In this document: piece after piece, positions 56,146 through 64,000 of the stretch | Position numbering within the stretch: position 1 is the first letter of the stretch | Layout of the letters: the number at the start of each line of letters is the position of its first letter | NCBI GenBank assembly: GCA_051252195.1 | Contig: JBPOGD010000006.1 | Coordinates: 144,551-208,550, forward strand | Length of the DNA stretch: 64,000 nucleotides | Source of the DNA: Akkermansiaceae bacterium | GTDB lineage: Bacteria > Verrucomicrobiota > Verrucomicrobiia > Verrucomicrobiales > Akkermansiaceae | Direction of reading: 5' to 3' | The notes under the pieces: generated by a model | Databases searched by the model: none | The model's input: the letters and a program-made list of their open reading frames with translations, nothing else | Told to the model about the DNA's origin: nothing | Position numbers and translations under genes: made by a program

Positions 56146-57324
56146 CTATTTTAGTTTTGCCATGATTTTTCGTGAAGCTTCGTGGGCTTTTTCAACGTTT
56201 TCTTTGAGCACACAAAAGTGGCCCATTTTTCTGCCTGCTCGGGCGGATGTTTTGCCGTAGAGGTGGAGGTGTGCGGATTGATCATGGACTAGAGCTGACC
56301 AGTCAGGATGTTGGTTGGGGCTTGGCCAGATATCGCCGAGGAGATTGACCATGGCGACGGGACTCAGTAGCTTGGGTGATTCTAGGTGCTGCTCTGTAAT
56401 CGCACGAAGTTGCATGCCAAACTGGCTGATATCGCAGGCATCAATGGTGAAATGCCCTGAGTTATGTGGGCGTGGCGCGACTTCATTGACGATAAATTCG
56501 TCATTGTCTAAGAGGAAAAGCTCAACGGCGAAGACGCCGCAGTAGTCGATAGCATTACCTATTTTTTCAGCAATTCGAATCGCCTTTTCTGCCGCTTCAT
56601 CGCTGATGCGGGCAGGAACGAGGGTGGTGTCGAGAATGTGATTGGTATGGATGTTTTCAGCTACTGGGAATGCGGCAAAAGTTCCGTCTTTTCCTCGGGT
56701 AGCAACCACAGAGATCTCACAGCGGTAGCTGACCCAGCCTTCTAGGACTCCTCGAGGCGCTTCAAGCTCTTGCCAGATGGAGTAGATTTCCTCCTCATTA
56801 CAAGGTTTTGAAATCTTAATTTGTCCTTTACCGTCGTAGCCAAAAGCCGCTGTTTTTAAAACGCAGGGAGTACCGATAATGTCCAGTGCAGCCTTAAGGC
56901 TTTGTGCAGAATCGATAACCTCAAAAGGGGCACAAGGGATGTCGTTGTTTTTCAGGAATAGCTTTTCGCGTTCCCTGTGTTGGAAGGTTTCCAGGGCGAG
57001 CTTACTGGGGTAAACTGGCTTGTGCGCTTCTATTGCCTCGATAAAAGAAGACGGGATATTCTCAAATTCATAAGTGCAGACGTCTACTTTACTGAGAAAA
57101 TTGTTCTTTGCGGTCTGATCATCGAATGGGGCATTGATCTCTTCGTGAGCTAGTTGACCAGCAGGTGAACCCGCGGGCTCATCAGTAAAAACAATGGTTT
57201 GGAAACCCATGCGACGGGCTTCATTAATCAGCATCCGACCAAGCTGGCCACCACCAATGATCCCTATTGTTGCGGGAGGTAGAATCGACATAGAGTTTTT
57301 AAAAAAAATAGAGGGTGAGGACAA
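56146..57324 (-). CDS. purK: N5-carboxyaminoimidazole ribonucleotide synthase
   Basis: ATP-grasp fold; TIGIIGGGQLGRM at the N-terminus. Confidence 0.9.
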   Translation of the reverse strand: MSSPSIFFKNSMSILPPATIGIIGGGQLGRMLINEARRMGFQTIVFTDEPAGSPAGQLAHEEINAPFDDQTAKNNFLSKVDVCTYEFENIPSSFIEAIEAHKPVYPSKLALETFQHREREKLFLKNNDIPCAPFEVIDSAQSLKAALDIIGTPCVLKTAAFGYDGKGQIKISKPCNEEEIYSIWQELEAPRGVLEGWVSYRCEISVVATRGKDGTFAAFPVAENIHTNHILDTTLVPARISDEAAEKAIRIAEKIGNAIDYCGVFAVELFLLDNDEFIVNEVAPRPHNSGHFTIDACDISQFGMQLRAITEQHLESPKLLSPVAMVNLLGDIWPSPNQHPDWSALVHDQSAHLHLYGKTSARAGRKMGHFCVLKENVEKAHEASRKIMAKLK

Positions 57325-57326
57325 GA

Positions 57327-57896
57327 TTAAAGGGGCAGATCAGCAGCTCCAGTATCAGGGAGTTGATTCTGACTTTCGTGTACAGCATTAGTTTGATCTG
57401 CACGGAATTGCTCTAATTTCTGTGAGAGGCTCGAGCTGTTGATAGCTAGGATAGAAACGGCTGAAAGGGCGGCGTTTTTAGCACCTGCATTCCCGATGGC
57501 AAAGGTGGCCACTGGGATGCCTCCTGGCATTTGGACAATGGAAAGTAGTGAGTCTTCACCGTTGAGAGCTTTGGACTGCACGGGGACACCGAGCACTGGG
57601 AGAATAGTCATTGCGGCTGTCATACCAGGTAAGTGGGCGGCCCCGCCAGCTCCTGCGATGATGATCTTAATACCGCGTGCTGCTGCTTTTTTCGCATATT
57701 CTACGAGGAGTTCAGGAGTGCGGTGAGCACTTACAACCTTGTTTTCGTAGGCAACTCCGAAATCTTGTAAGACACGAGCTGCATGCTCCATTGTCGGCCA
57801 GTCTGAGGTGCTCCCCATGATAATACCTACAGCAGGTTTGTCACCAGATTGATATTCTATGTCGCTCGTCATGGAGTCACTTCTGATATAAAACAA
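57327..57896 (-). CDS. purE: N5-CAIR mutase
   Basis: [22 protein letters not shown]...[18 protein letters not shown]. Confidence 0.9.
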   Translation of the reverse strand: MFYIRSDSMTSDIEYQSGDKPAVGIIMGSTSDWPTMEHAARVLQDFGVAYENKVVSAHRTPELLVEYAKKAAARGIKIIIAGAGGAAHLPGMTAAMTILPVLGVPVQSKALNGEDSLLSIVQMPGGIPVATFAIGNAGAKNAALSAVSILAINSSSLSQKLEQFRADQTNAVHESQNQLPDTGAADLPL

Positions 57897-57917
57897 CGGC
57901 GAATGAAATCAAAAACT

Positions 57918-59777
57918 TCACTTCAAAGAACGCATTGAGCTTTCCTCGTTTTCGTAAAGTGACTTCTCAGCGTTTTTCCAGCTGAGTGCAGCTTCAAGAA
58001 TCATCCAGGTTTCTAATATAAGCGCAGCTATACCAATACCCGCTAAGAGCCATCTTTCTTGCTCTATCCAGCTCTGGTCAGAACCCAGAGCTTGTACAAA
58101 TATTTGGTATGCCATTGCCCAAGCAGGAAGGATTAGCATGAAAATGGTGGGCAAAACGACAAACCAAAAGGGCATTTTTTGACGCCGCATCCAGAAGATG
58201 ATAACGAGGAATGCCAAGCCTCCGAGTAGCTGATTTGTTGCCCCAAAGAGTGGCCAGAGGATCATGCCTCCTGTGCCTGCAGGTTTTCCGATGGCTGCTG
58301 GGAGAGACGCCATCCACCAAGCAATGCCTACGGCAAAGAGGGTGGCTACATGTTTATTAGTAAGCCAGCTGATGGGGTTGAGGTTGATCTTTACTGTGGT
58401 GTCATTTTTTCTGAGGAGAGTAGCAGCAAGCTCTTGGACAACATAACGTTGAAGACGACAAGCTGTATCGAGTGTAGTCGATGCAAAGGAGGCGACGAAA
58501 ACACCCATCAGCGCCGTCGCAAAGGTAGCTGGCACTCCCAAAGACTTGATGAAGTTTGCTGCGCCATCGACGAAGGCGCCAACTTTAGCACCTAGACCAC
58601 TCATTGACGCCCAGCCTGAATAGCGAGCATCCCAGGCATCACTGCCCATTAGCATGCCACCAGCGCCATCATTAATGCCAAGCCCTAGTCCTGCAACACA
58701 GGCTAGGATGACCAAGACGGCGAGAAATCCTTCCGTGAGCATTGACCCAAACCCGACCAGTTTAGCATCCGTTTCACAGCGTAGTTGCTTTGAGGATGTG
58801 CCAGATGAAACTAAGCAGTGAAATCCAGAAATGGCACCGCAGGCAATAGTAGTAAATAAGAAGGGGAAGATGAGAGGTAGCTGTTTAGCGCTCAAACTCG
58901 ACTCAATGTTGGGAGCTGCTATTTTCAATGCTGGTCGCAAGCCATCTACCTCAGCACCACCAAAAACACCTGATATTAGCAGCCCGATCATGATAAGAGC
59001 AAGAGTACTCAACAATTGAAGCGAGTTAATATAATCGCGTGGCTGTAATAATATCCACACAGGGAGTACGGATGCTACGTAGGAATAGAGCAGCAGTAAA
59101 GTGACCCAGGTCATGAGCGGGAGGTCTTTTAAAAAAAAGTTGATCTGCCCTAGCCATCCCGTATCGCCCCAGAGCACCGAGCAGTACATGATTACCAATG
59201 AGATAATGGATGCCACCAGAATGTTGCCTCCCTTACGGTGAATAAAAAATCCAATAACCATAGCGAGCGGGATTTGAATGAGGCAAGGGGTGATCGATTG
59301 TGGGTAAGCCTGAAATACAGCGGCGATGACGAGGCCAAATATCGCGAGCACGATGGTAAGTGCCATCAGTAGAATCAAGAGGAATAGTAGCCTGACCCGT
59401 GGGGCAATAACGCGTCCTGCAATATCTCCCACAGTTTGACCTTTATTGCGCATCGACACCACCAGTGAGCCGAAGTCATGAACAGCGCCGATAAAGACAG
59501 AGCCTACGAGAACCCATAGTAGAGCGGGCACCCAGCCCCACATCACGGCAAGCGCAGGTCCCACTATAGGGCCGGTGCCAGCGATGGAGGTGAAATGATG
59601 TCCAAATACAATTCCCTTACTAGTCGGTACATAGTCGTGACCATCCTCTAGTTCGATGGCTGGAACATTGGCGGAGGAGTCGAGCTTGAAGATTTTCTGC
59701 CCGAGCCATTTTCCATACGTATTATAGGCTATAATATAGAAAAAGAACGCTCCGAGTGCAATGAGCAGTGTGATCAT
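57918..59777 (-). CDS. cstA: carbon starvation protein A family transporter
   Basis: A 619-aa polytopic protein with CstA N-terminal signatures (HHFTSIAGTGPIVGPALA). Confidence 0.9.
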   Translation of the reverse strand: MITLLIALGAFFFYIIAYNTYGKWLGQKIFKLDSSANVPAIELEDGHDYVPTSKGIVFGHHFTSIAGTGPIVGPALAVMWGWVPALLWVLVGSVFIGAVHDFGSLVVSMRNKGQTVGDIAGRVIAPRVRLLFLLILLMALTIVLAIFGLVIAAVFQAYPQSITPCLIQIPLAMVIGFFIHRKGGNILVASIISLVIMYCSVLWGDTGWLGQINFFLKDLPLMTWVTLLLLYSYVASVLPVWILLQPRDYINSLQLLSTLALIMIGLLISGVFGGAEVDGLRPALKIAAPNIESSLSAKQLPLIFPFLFTTIACGAISGFHCLVSSGTSSKQLRCETDAKLVGFGSMLTEGFLAVLVILACVAGLGLGINDGAGGMLMGSDAWDARYSGWASMSGLGAKVGAFVDGAANFIKSLGVPATFATALMGVFVASFASTTLDTACRLQRYVVQELAATLLRKNDTTVKINLNPISWLTNKHVATLFAVGIAWWMASLPAAIGKPAGTGGMILWPLFGATNQLLGGLAFLVIIFWMRRQKMPFWFVVLPTIFMLILPAWAMAYQIFVQALGSDQSWIEQERWLLAGIGIAALILETWMILEAALSWKNAEKSLYENEESSMRSLK

Positions 59778-60250
59778 GCTAGATAGCTTAAGTTTTGTGG
59801 AGCATTTTGATCAACATCAATATTTTTACTTTGAGGGTTAATTTTAACGTTTGTAGAATGGGGTATTATATCTGAGTTAAAGTGTTGTTACGAAATGTCT
59901 TGTATATCATTACTGGTGGTAATTAGAGATAGAGGTTTTTGACAATGAGTTAAATTTACTTTTTTATTATTAATATCTAGATCTGATAGTTCTAAATATA
60001 TAAGGTTCTATCAGAAAGATGGATTGTTTTACCATCGAAGGTTTAAGCTCAAGCCACCCCCTATAGTAATAACAAATCTTAAAAGGTGTAGATTCAAGAT
60101 ACATTAACCTAATTACACGTTTTTTTTAAATGTTGCAGTAAATATGAATTGCTTTTATCGTTCGATTTGATAAATTCGCATCAAGCAAGTGAGAAATTTG
60201 GTTTAACTAAAAATTTTAAAGCGAGTAAACAAACTAACAAAAAATAAATA

Positions 60251-60787
60251 ATGAACAAAAATATCCTTAAACTAGCAGTTGTGGTATCAATGGCGGCAGG
60301 TTCCGTTATGGCTCAACAAAACAGTCTGAGTTCTCAGGCGGACATCGAAAGATGTAATAGTATTGCTTTACATGTAGCGAATCACATTAAGAGTGATCCT
60401 GATCGAGTTCTTGCGCACGTCAGAAGACACGTTGCTGAAAATGAAGATTGCGCAGGGGAAATTACACAAGCAGCTATTCAGGCATCAGGTGCTGAAGGCA
60501 ATAATGTTATCGCTATTATAGATGCAGCTGTCGCAGGAGCACCTGGACAAGCAGATGTTATTGTAAAGGCTGCTGTTCCAGTAGCTGGTAACGAGATTAG
60601 TCTCATTGAAGCAGCAGCTGCAAAATATGGTGTTGAACTCAATATCGACGAAAACCCACTCGATCCTGCGGGCAGTGCTCCTGGAAATGGTCCCTCCACA
60701 GATGTTGCTAATTCTGAGATTGATCCTTTACAAGAACACCAAGTGCCTTCAATTGTTCCTGGAGATGCTACTGTAGAAGCAAACTAA
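60251..60787 (+). CDS. secreted Ala-rich hypothetical protein
   Basis: Signal peptide MNKNILKLAVVVSMAAGSVMAQQ. Confidence 0.5.
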   Translation: MNKNILKLAVVVSMAAGSVMAQQNSLSSQADIERCNSIALHVANHIKSDPDRVLAHVRRHVAENEDCAGEITQAAIQASGAEGNNVIAIIDAAVAGAPGQADVIVKAAVPVAGNEISLIEAAAAKYGVELNIDENPLDPAGSAPGNGPSTDVANSEIDPLQEHQVPSIVPGDATVEAN

Positions 60788-60877
60788 AACTTTTTAAGTC
60801 TAGTGCTTATATCATATGAAGAGATAGCAAGTACTAGTCCACCATCCTTACATTAAAGGAAGTAATAGATCAACTAT

Positions 60878-60911
60878 AAAGCCTATGACCATCATGGTCA
60901 TAGGCTTTTTT
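60878..60911 (+). terminator. intrinsic terminator (13-bp stem, T6)
   Basis: aagcctatgacca-tca-tggtcataggctt followed by tttttt. Confidence 0.7.
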
Positions 60912-60929
60912 ACGTTCTGATCTAATGTG

Positions 60930-62141
60930 TTAGCGAGAGGGCACCACTTGGAGGACAAACCCCTTAAGGTACTCCGTTTCGGGAATGGCGGGGATCACGG
61001 GGTGATCAAGTCGCTGTCCATGGCTAGCGAGCATACGGAGCGTTTTCTTAGCATCGACGGAGGCGTCGACTATATTTTCCAAGAAAAGCTCCCTTGTTGC
61101 GTGGTGGGAGCAGCAATAAGTAGCGAGAATTCCAGTGCGCGATAGTAGCTTGATGCCACGGAGGTGAATCTCTTTGTAGCCACGCATGGCGTTCATCAGC
61201 GTCTTTTTGTTTTTAGTGAATGAAGGAGGGTCAAGAATGACGATGTCATACTCTTCCTCGCAGTGCTTGAGGTAATCGAAAGCGTTATGTTTAACGGCGT
61301 TGATCGTTACGCCATTGAGTTCAGCATTTCTAAGTGTGGCTTCGATCGCTAATTCTGAAGAATCGACAGCTGTAACACTAGCGGCTCCAGCTTTGGCACA
61401 GGCAAGTGCGAAACCTCCTTGATTACAAAAACAGTCGAGTACGCGCTTACCCTTTGCCATTTTAGCAATCGCGGCGTGTGCATCAAGTTGATCGAGATAA
61501 AGTCCTGTTTTTTGGCCATCAAGGAGGTCGATCTCAAATTTTACTCCGCCCTCCGCTGTCGGTGCCTCTAGGACGAAAGGTGCAGGCTTCTCACCATGCA
61601 ACATGGTGGTTTCTTCCTCGATTCCTTCTGCAGCCAGCATCGGTGAATCATTGCGGAGAATAATGGACTCTGGCTTAATAAGCTCAATGAGTGAGTCAAC
61701 GATGATCTGACGGTTTAGATACATCGCAAGTGTGAGTGTTTGAAGAACGAGGTGGTCGCCATAGCGATCGACCACGACACCTGGCATACCGTCGGACTCA
61801 CTCCAGATGAGTCGGCAAAGTCGAATATCGATGCCTGAGTTTTCTCGCATATTAATCGCCTGCCCAATGCGTCTATCAAAAAATTCTCTATCGAGCTTCT
61901 GCCCACGACGCGAAATGCGGCGAGCGACAATCTGTGAATTGGGGTTGAAAATCGCCGTGCCTAATGGGCGGTCACGATAATCCTTCAAGGTAATCACATC
62001 TCCAGGCTGTGGGTCTCCAAAGGTTTTACGGATTTCCGTCGCATAGACCCAGTCGTGGCCGTGAAAGATACGCGCGCGTGGTTTAACAATGATTCCTGGC
62101 ATGGTGGAGACGGTTGAACCATGATTTGGGCTCAGATGCAA
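60930..62141 (-). CDS. rlmI: 23S rRNA m5C methyltransferase RlmI-like (PUA + class I SAM MTase)
   Basis: An N-terminal PUA-like region, the MTase motif VLDCFCNQGGFALA and DIVILDPPSF. Confidence 0.8.
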   Translation of the reverse strand: MHLSPNHGSTVSTMPGIIVKPRARIFHGHDWVYATEIRKTFGDPQPGDVITLKDYRDRPLGTAIFNPNSQIVARRISRRGQKLDREFFDRRIGQAINMRENSGIDIRLCRLIWSESDGMPGVVVDRYGDHLVLQTLTLAMYLNRQIIVDSLIELIKPESIILRNDSPMLAAEGIEEETTMLHGEKPAPFVLEAPTAEGGVKFEIDLLDGQKTGLYLDQLDAHAAIAKMAKGKRVLDCFCNQGGFALACAKAGAASVTAVDSSELAIEATLRNAELNGVTINAVKHNAFDYLKHCEEEYDIVILDPPSFTKNKKTLMNAMRGYKEIHLRGIKLLSRTGILATYCCSHHATRELFLENIVDASVDAKKTLRMLASHGQRLDHPVIPAIPETEYLKGFVLQVVPSR

Positions 62142-62221
62142 GCTTGCAGCGACCCTTCATATCTGACAATTTCTCCCGTACACACTGATCACTGTAAGTT
62201 GATTACTTCACACTATTTACT

Positions 62222-64000
62222 ATGCACCGCCTTTTTCTACTCGATGGTATGGCTCTCGTCTACCGAGCTCACTTTGCCTTTTTTCGCAATCCTATCCTTA
62301 CCAGCGCTGGGCTCAATACCTCTGCTGTCTATGGCTTTCTCAATACCTTACTCGATATCACAGAAAAACAAGGAGCCTCTCATGTAGGGGTTGCTTTTGA
62401 TACCTCCGCACCTACCTCTCGGCATACCCTTTATCCACTTTATAAGGCGCAGCGTGAAGCCATGCCTGAGGAGCTAGCCATTGCGATCCCTTATGTAAAA
62501 CGCCTCTGCAAAACACTGGGGATTCCCGTGCTGGAGCTTGATGGCTTTGAGGCGGATGATATCATCGGTACTATTGCACATCGTGCCGATCTCGAAGGTG
62601 GCATCCACACCTACATGGTTACACCGGATAAAGACTTTGCGCAGCTAGTCAGCCCCACGACCACGATGTGGAAACCAGGCCGTAAGGGTAGTGATGTGGA
62701 AATGCTCGATGAAGCAGCAGTTCTTAAAAACTGGGAAATTGAGACGCCAAAACAAGTCATTGATATCCTTGGTCTCTGGGGCGACGCCTCGGATAATATC
62801 CCTGGGATTCCTGGCATCGGTGAAAAAACGGCCAAGAAGCTCATCGCGGAGTTCGGCTCTATAGAAAACATTATCGCCTCTGCGGATAAGCTTAAGGGGA
62901 AGCAGAAGGAAAATGTCATCGCTTTTGCTGAGCAGGGACTACTTTCTAAAAAACTCGCTACCATCATTCTCGATGTCCCCATTGACGTCTCATGGAAGGA
63001 CCTCACTATTGGTGGGAGAGACGATGACGAAGTGAAGGCTATCCTAGGAGAGCTGGAATTTAACACCATGGGTAAACGCATCTTTGGTAAAGACTTCACT
63101 GCAGGAAGAGGACATGAAGGCACGGGTTATAAATCAGAGGCCGCTACGGGGGACGATCTTTTTTCATCAGAAGCTTTTTCATCAGAAGCCGCTTCGGAGG
63201 CTCCACCAGCCGTTCTCAAAACTATCGCAGATATCGATCATAGTTACGCTATGGTAGACAACTTTGCCAAGCTCGATGACCTCACGAAGAAACTCTCACT
63301 TTCGAGTGAAATCTGCTTCGACCTCGAAACCACCTCACTTGATCCTCGTAGCTGCGATATACTCGGTATCGCCTTTTCCATAGCTGCACATGAGGGATAC
63401 TTCGTTCACACAGGTGCAGGAAGCAGTTTGAAAATTAAAACAGTTCTCGATAAACTCAGCTATATTTTTCACTCTAAAATCAAAAAGATAGGCCACAATC
63501 TGAAATTTGATCTCTCCGTCCTCCTTGCTCACGACTACACTGTCAGCGGTCCTTTCTTCGATACCATGCTCGTGCACGCCCTCGTTTCTCCTGAGCAGCG
63601 TCATAGCATGGACTTTATAGCGGAATCACTACTCGGTTACAGCCCTGTTAAACTCATTGATCTTGCAGAAAAAGCTATTGAACCTGAGGCGGATTTGTTT
63701 GGAGCTACAGACCAGGCGAAGAAGCCTAAAAAGGGAAAGAAAAAGACCCTCAAAATGGAAATGATTCCTGTGGAAGACCTTGCAGAGTATGCAGCGGAAG
63801 ACGCGGATGTGACCTTTCAGCTCGCGACAATCCTGAAACAACAGCTTGAGGATTCAGGGCAGAGTGATGTTTACCAAAATATCGAGGCTCCACTGCTACC
63901 CGTGCTCACCGCTATTGAAAATGAAGGTATCTCACTCGATGTGCTCGCACTCAAAGATATCGGTGATGGCTTGGCAAAACGTATTAAAAACCTTCACACA
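62222..64000 (+). CDS. polA: DNA polymerase I, N-terminal 5'-3' exonuclease and start of 3'-5' exo domains (runs off window)
   Basis: MHRLFLLDGMALVYRAHFAFFRNPILTSAGLNTSAVYGF...GIPGIGEKTAKKLIAEFGSIENI. ATG at 62222; no stop before 64000. Confidence 0.9.
   Translation, partial: MHRLFLLDGMALVYRAHFAFFRNPILTSAGLNTSAVYGFLNTLLDITEKQGASHVGVAFDTSAPTSRHTLYPLYKAQREAMPEELAIAIPYVKRLCKTLGIPVLELDGFEADDIIGTIAHRADLEGGIHTYMVTPDKDFAQLVSPTTTMWKPGRKGSDVEMLDEAAVLKNWEIETPKQVIDILGLWGDASDNIPGIPGIGEKTAKKLIAEFGSIENIIASADKLKGKQKENVIAFAEQGLLSKKLATIILDVPIDVSWKDLTIGGRDDDEVKAILGELEFNTMGKRIFGKDFTAGRGHEGTGYKSEAATGDDLFSSEAFSSEAASEAPPAVLKTIADIDHSYAMVDNFAKLDDLTKKLSLSSEICFDLETTSLDPRSCDILGIAFSIAAHEGYFVHTGAGSSLKIKTVLDKLSYIFHSKIKKIGHNLKFDLSVLLAHDYTVSGPFFDTMLVHALVSPEQRHSMDFIAESLLGYSPVKLIDLAEKAIEPEADLFGATDQAKKPKKGKKKTLKMEMIPVEDLAEYAAEDADVTFQLATILKQQLEDSGQSDVYQNIEAPLLPVLTAIENEGISLDVLALKDIGDGLAKRIKNLHT

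Overview
This 64 kb window looks like bacterial chromosome, about 48-50% GC, with many secreted proteins; the phylum is uncertain. Housekeeping genes are leuD/leuC, purH, purE-purK, bioB, lysA, trxA, rpmB, msrA, rlmI, polA and cstA. An accessory stretch of about 30 kb (5.7-33.7 kb) is packed with repeats and unusual genes. It holds a secreted beta-helix lyase-like protein and a gene encoding three tandem RidA domains flanked by direct repeats. It holds a thioredoxin-fold gene interrupted by one in-frame TGA, followed by a hairpin, which is a candidate selenoprotein. A defence-island-like cluster contains a GmrSD type IV restriction enzyme, a Pol-beta nucleotidyltransferase overlapping a pentapeptide-repeat protein fused to an ion-channel pore, a truncated HigA and a HEPN-like protein. 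The region ends with a 1688-aa MoxR-like AAA+ protein, a secreted pentapeptide-repeat protein, a GxxExxY gene and a flotillin/NfeD pair. Several repeat families occur: a composite repeat of about 550 bp in three copies that carries a gene 3' end and hairpins showing compensatory changes, a CACGRAT direct-repeat motif upstream of three minus-strand genes, a 13-bp tandem array, and a 100-bp repeat in two copies. The ORF track treats GTG and TTG as start codons, so I adjusted several starts. No rRNA, convincing tRNA or CRISPR array was seen.
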